DNA of 63,553 nt, filler included, from Reclinomonas americana ATCC 50394 (Eukaryota): the NCBI GenBank assembly GCA_048213135.1. It is 12 parts of 3 records of this genome, joined end to end, with 100 filler letters (N's around TTAATTAATTAA, not from the genome) between each part and the next. Parts side by side here need not be neighbours in the genome. Positions count along the whole stretch, not along the records: positions 59,486 to 63,553 come from PS015572.1; 11 more parts are not named here. One strand, given 5' to 3'. The notes under the pieces were generated by a model, which was not told where the DNA came from, searched no databases, and saw only the letters and a program-made list of their open reading frames with translations. The number at the start of each line of letters is the position of its first letter. Position 1 is the first letter of the stretch. Both the position numbers and the translations under genes were made by a program. Shown here piece after piece: positions 60,120-63,553 of the stretch.

Positions 60120-61184
60120 TCAGTACGCCGACGTCTTCTTCATGAGACGCACAAAATCGTTGAGATCAATGAGCCCGTCGCCATCGCGATCGGCCTCGTA
60201 AATCATTTCTTGCAGCTCGTAGTCTGGTGACAAAGGATGATGAACAGACAAGAGGGAGGCAAGCACACAGGATGGTTGGGTACGCACCTTCCAGCTTCTC
60301 ACCGAGGTCGGCGGCGACCTTGCGTAGCTCGGGAATGCCGACCTTGCCGGAGGCTGCAATGCAACGCAATAATGAGGGAAGAAAGAAAGAAGCGGCGACA
60401 ACCACCACCGCTCCATTGCACTCAACGACCCGCAAAGAGCGTGTACGCCTGCTGCAACTCCTCTCGCGTGTCCTTCTGGCCCATCTTTGTGGCGATGAGC
60501 TCGAGGAACTCGGGAAAGTCAATCTGTCCGCTGCCGTCGCGATCGGCTTGCGCCATCATCTGCACGCACGAATGAGTGGACGATGTGGAGGCAGGCAGAC
60601 GAAGAAGTAGACGCAACTCGCTTGATCTCATCGCGTCCCGAGTCAAAGCCAAGCGTCTGCATGGCCACCTTCAGCTCCTTGGCATCGATTTGACCTGCAC
60701 GCGCGATGAGGAAAAATACAAGCGCTCGCAGTGTTGGTGAGTGTGGCGAAACACACCTGAGCCCTGTGATGAGAGATTGCCGCGTGCGAGAGCAAGAAAG
60801 CAAGGATGAGTGCGTGTCGGGAAGAGCAAGAGCGAAAAGAGCAGTCACACGGAACACTGTGCGCGCAAGGAGGAGTCAGACGAGTGTGATGCATCGCGCG
60901 TGGGGATTCACTAGACGCAACTCTGTGTCGAACAAATCAAACGCCTGCACATGCACACACGTACACAGAAGAGGTGAGAGACGCGCGGAGTTGCACTGTG
61001 ACACAGACGCACCCACTCTCACCTCGCGGATCTCGACTTTTTGATCATCCGTCAGTTCCACCTTGCCGCGTCCGCGCGCTCTTGATGTGCCCGTGTTGGT
61101 TCGTCGGTACTGTGCCTGTGTCATGCATGTGTGAGCAGTGCGCGTGGGGGGGGGCAGCGAGAGAGGGGGGCAGGCGCACACCAT
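60120..61184 (-). CDS. Centrin (caltractin) with 1-nt and 7-nt microexons
   Basis: M|AQYRR...[39 protein letters not shown]...DRDGSGQIDFPEFL...[15 protein letters not shown]...MKKTSAY*. Confidence 0.92.
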
Positions 61185-61847
61185 TCACGTTGTGAGCAGA
61201 TTTCACGGCCGATTCCGTCGACTGGCATCACATCACTTTATCTCGCTCGCTTCTGCGCCTGCATTCTCTCGCTCAACAAAGGTTGGTCTCTGCCCGCTGT
61301 CTGTCGCTGCATTGTGCATTCGCTCTGTTTGCTTCGTGCGCGCGTCAGTTGTGTGTGTGTGCGCACTTGTTGAGTGTGAGAGATGTCCATTGCAACCTTG
61401 CGCCACACACACTCTCTCTCCCCTTCCCTCTCTCTCTCGCTCTCTGCGTGCGTATGCGTGCCGTTGTGAATGCGTCGTCTGGTGCGTGCGTGTGTGTGTT
61501 TTTGTGAGGTGATGCACGCTGATGCAGCTATTTCCTGTTGACTGTTTGATGGGGCAGATCGCGCCCGTTCACTCCCTCTTTTTTTTTCTCTGCATCAGAG
61601 CGCTGCCTCAATCAAAATAGCTTTTGTTTGTGTGTGTGAGAGAGAGCACCAAGTACTCCCACGAAGAAAGAGAGACTCACTTGACAGAGAAAGGTGCGCG
61701 GTGAGACAGTGTGTGTGCGTGTGTGTGCGCATCGCGCCAACATTTCCCTCGCTGTCTTCGTGCCTCCCCCCGTTCCATCCATGTCGTTCCCTGTGGCTGG
61801 CGTGCTCACTCTCCCACTTCACTCTCGCGCACACACGTAGACTTGCA

Positions 61848-62125
61848 ATGGAGATCGACAACCCCTGCCCCGTCTCTGCCGCCTTCTTCGGCATGATTGG
61901 CTCCGCTGCCGCCCTGGTGTTTGCCAGTTGCGTCTTTGACCTCCTTTGCATGCACACTAGTGTGGTGTCGTGTTGTCTCTTACCCTCTCCCCTTCTTAGA
62001 CCTCGGCGCCGCCTACGGCACCGCCAAGTCTGGCGTCGGCATTGCCGCCTCTGGTGTGGTCAACCCCAATGGCATCATGAAGTCCATTATCCCCGTCGTC
62101 ATGGCTGGTATTCTGGGTATCTACG
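61848..62125 (+). CDS. VMA3: V-ATPase 16-kDa proteolipid subunit c, 5' part
   Basis: [29 protein letters not shown]...[17 protein letters not shown]. Confidence 0.95.
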
Positions 62126-63243
62126 GTGCGTGTGTTGGCAGAGCAGCCACACTAGCATGCAACAGCAACTGGGGACACTGATGAGACTCATATCATATCA
62201 NNNNNNNNNNNNNNNNNNNNNNNNNNNNNNNNNNNNNNNNNNNNNNNNNNNNNNNNNNNNNNNNNNNNNNNNNNNNNNNNNNNNNNNNNNNNNNNNNNNN
62301 NNNNNNNNNNNNNNNNNNNNNNNNNNNNNNNNNNNNNNNNNNNNNNNNNNNNNNNNNNNNNNNNNNNNNNNNNNNNNNNNNNNNNNNNNNNNNNNNNNNN
62401 NNNNNNNNNNNNNNNNNNNNNNNNNNNNNNNNNNNNNNNNNNNNNNNNNNNNNNNNNNNNNNNNNNNNNNNNNNNNNNNNNNNNNNNNNNNNNNNNNNNN
62501 NNNNNNNNNNNNNNNNNNNNNNNNNNNNNNNNNNNNNNNNNNNNNNNNNNNNNNNNNNNNNNNNNNNNNNNNNNNNNNNNNNNNNNNNNNNNNNNNNNNN
62601 NNNNNNNNNNNNNNNNNNNNNNNNNNNNNNNNNNNNNNNNNNNNNNNNNNNNNNNNNNNNNNNNNNNNNNNNNNNNNNNNNNNNNNNNNNNNNNNNNNNN
62701 NNNNNNNNNNNNNNNNNNNNNNNNNNNNNNNNNNNNNNNNNNNNNNNNNNNNNNNNNNNNNNNNNNNNNNNNNNNNNNNNNNNNNNNNNNNNNNNNNNNN
62801 NNNNNNNNNNNNNNNNNNNNNNNNNNNNNNNNNNNNNNNNNNNNNNNNNNNNNNNNNNNNNNNNNNNNNNNNNNNNNNNNNNNNNNNNNNNNNNNNNNNN
62901 NNNNNNNNNNNNNNNNNNNNNNNNNNNNNNNNNNNNNNNNNNNNNNNNNNNNNNNNNNNNNNNNNNNNNNNNNNNNNNNNNNNNNNNNNNNNNNNNNNNN
63001 NNNNNNNNNNNNNNNNNNNNNNNNNNNNNNNNNNNNNNNNNNNNNNNNNNNNNNNNNNNNNNNNNNNNNNNNNNNNNNNNNNNNNNNNNNNNNNNNNNNN
63101 NNNNNNNNNNNNNNNNNNNNNNNNNNNNNNNNNNNNNNNNNNNNNNNNNNNNNNNNCACACACGCAAACGCAACAAAAAAGAAGAAGAGAACGGGAGACG
63201 AATCGCGAGGAAAAAAAAACAGCCTCACTTCCCCCCCACGAGA

Positions 63244-63542
63244 TTACTTGGTGCAGGTGATCTTGACGCTTTCAGCGGCCGTGCTCAGAATGAGCGCGAC
63301 AATGAGGCCGTACAGACCCAGAGCCTCGGCGAAAATGAGAATCAGAATGAGGCCGACATACATCTTGGGCTGGCGAGCAGTGGCGCGCACACCGGCGTCT
63401 CCTGCAATACCAATGGCCAGACCTGCGCCCAGACCCGACAGACCCACAGCCAGACCCGACGCCAAGTGTGCGTAGCCCTTGAATGCCGAGTAGTCCGACG
63501 GGCCAGTCACGTGACCGCCGATAATCACAGCAATAATCAGGC
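63244..63542 (-). CDS. VMA3: V-ATPase subunit c, last exon on an inverted contig
   Basis: Phase-1 acceptor ctag|GC CTG, then GYAHLASGL...GDAGVRA...[21 protein letters not shown] with the conserved Glu. Confidence 0.93.
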
Positions 63543-63553
63543 CTAGAAAAGTA

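Noticed and set aside
16705..63542. Gene halves on opposite strands (BCKDHA, PGK, V-ATPase c, RasGAP, ARM/filamin), suggestive of trans-splicing or scrambled genes
   Set aside because: Every orientation switch coincides with an N-gap or linker, so mis-oriented contigs in a draft scaffold explain it simply.

Overview
This is a fragmented draft scaffold from a compact, very intron-dense eukaryote, probably a protist. Introns are mostly about 55-100 nt and rich in TG/CA repeats, and intergenic spacers are often under 300 nt. Contigs are joined by N-gaps and artificial N-TTAATTAATTAA-N linkers, and several are mis-oriented, so BCKDHA, PGK, V-ATPase c, the RasGAP gene and the ARM gene appear split across both strands. 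Manual splicing gives about 20 genes: a TPR protein, an S10 serine carboxypeptidase, PP1, PRMT1, TMEM260/DUF2723, a VHS protein, BCKDHA, a Fringe/GT31 glycosyltransferase, two tandem DUF1963-like genes, RPL17, PGK, a giant ARM+filamin-repeat gene, an intronless NmrA-like gene, REV1, a RasGAP/IQGAP-type gene, centrin(s) and V-ATPase c. Main observations: (1) the centrin EF-hand 1 loop needs a 1-nt exon plus a 7-nt exon; (2) an AT-AC intron that lacks U12 signals; (3) a recurrent +1-shifted 5' splice-site class, GTTNNGT; (4) a predicted myristoylated SAM-domain/tandem SagB-nitroreductase protein that is probably spliced in frame to a 2OG-Fe(II) dioxygenase; (5) an ARM/RS/filamin giant built largely from one-repeat phase-1 exons; (6) a strand-specific hairpin in an oversized PRMT1 intron. 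All exon structures are manual inferences with no transcript data.
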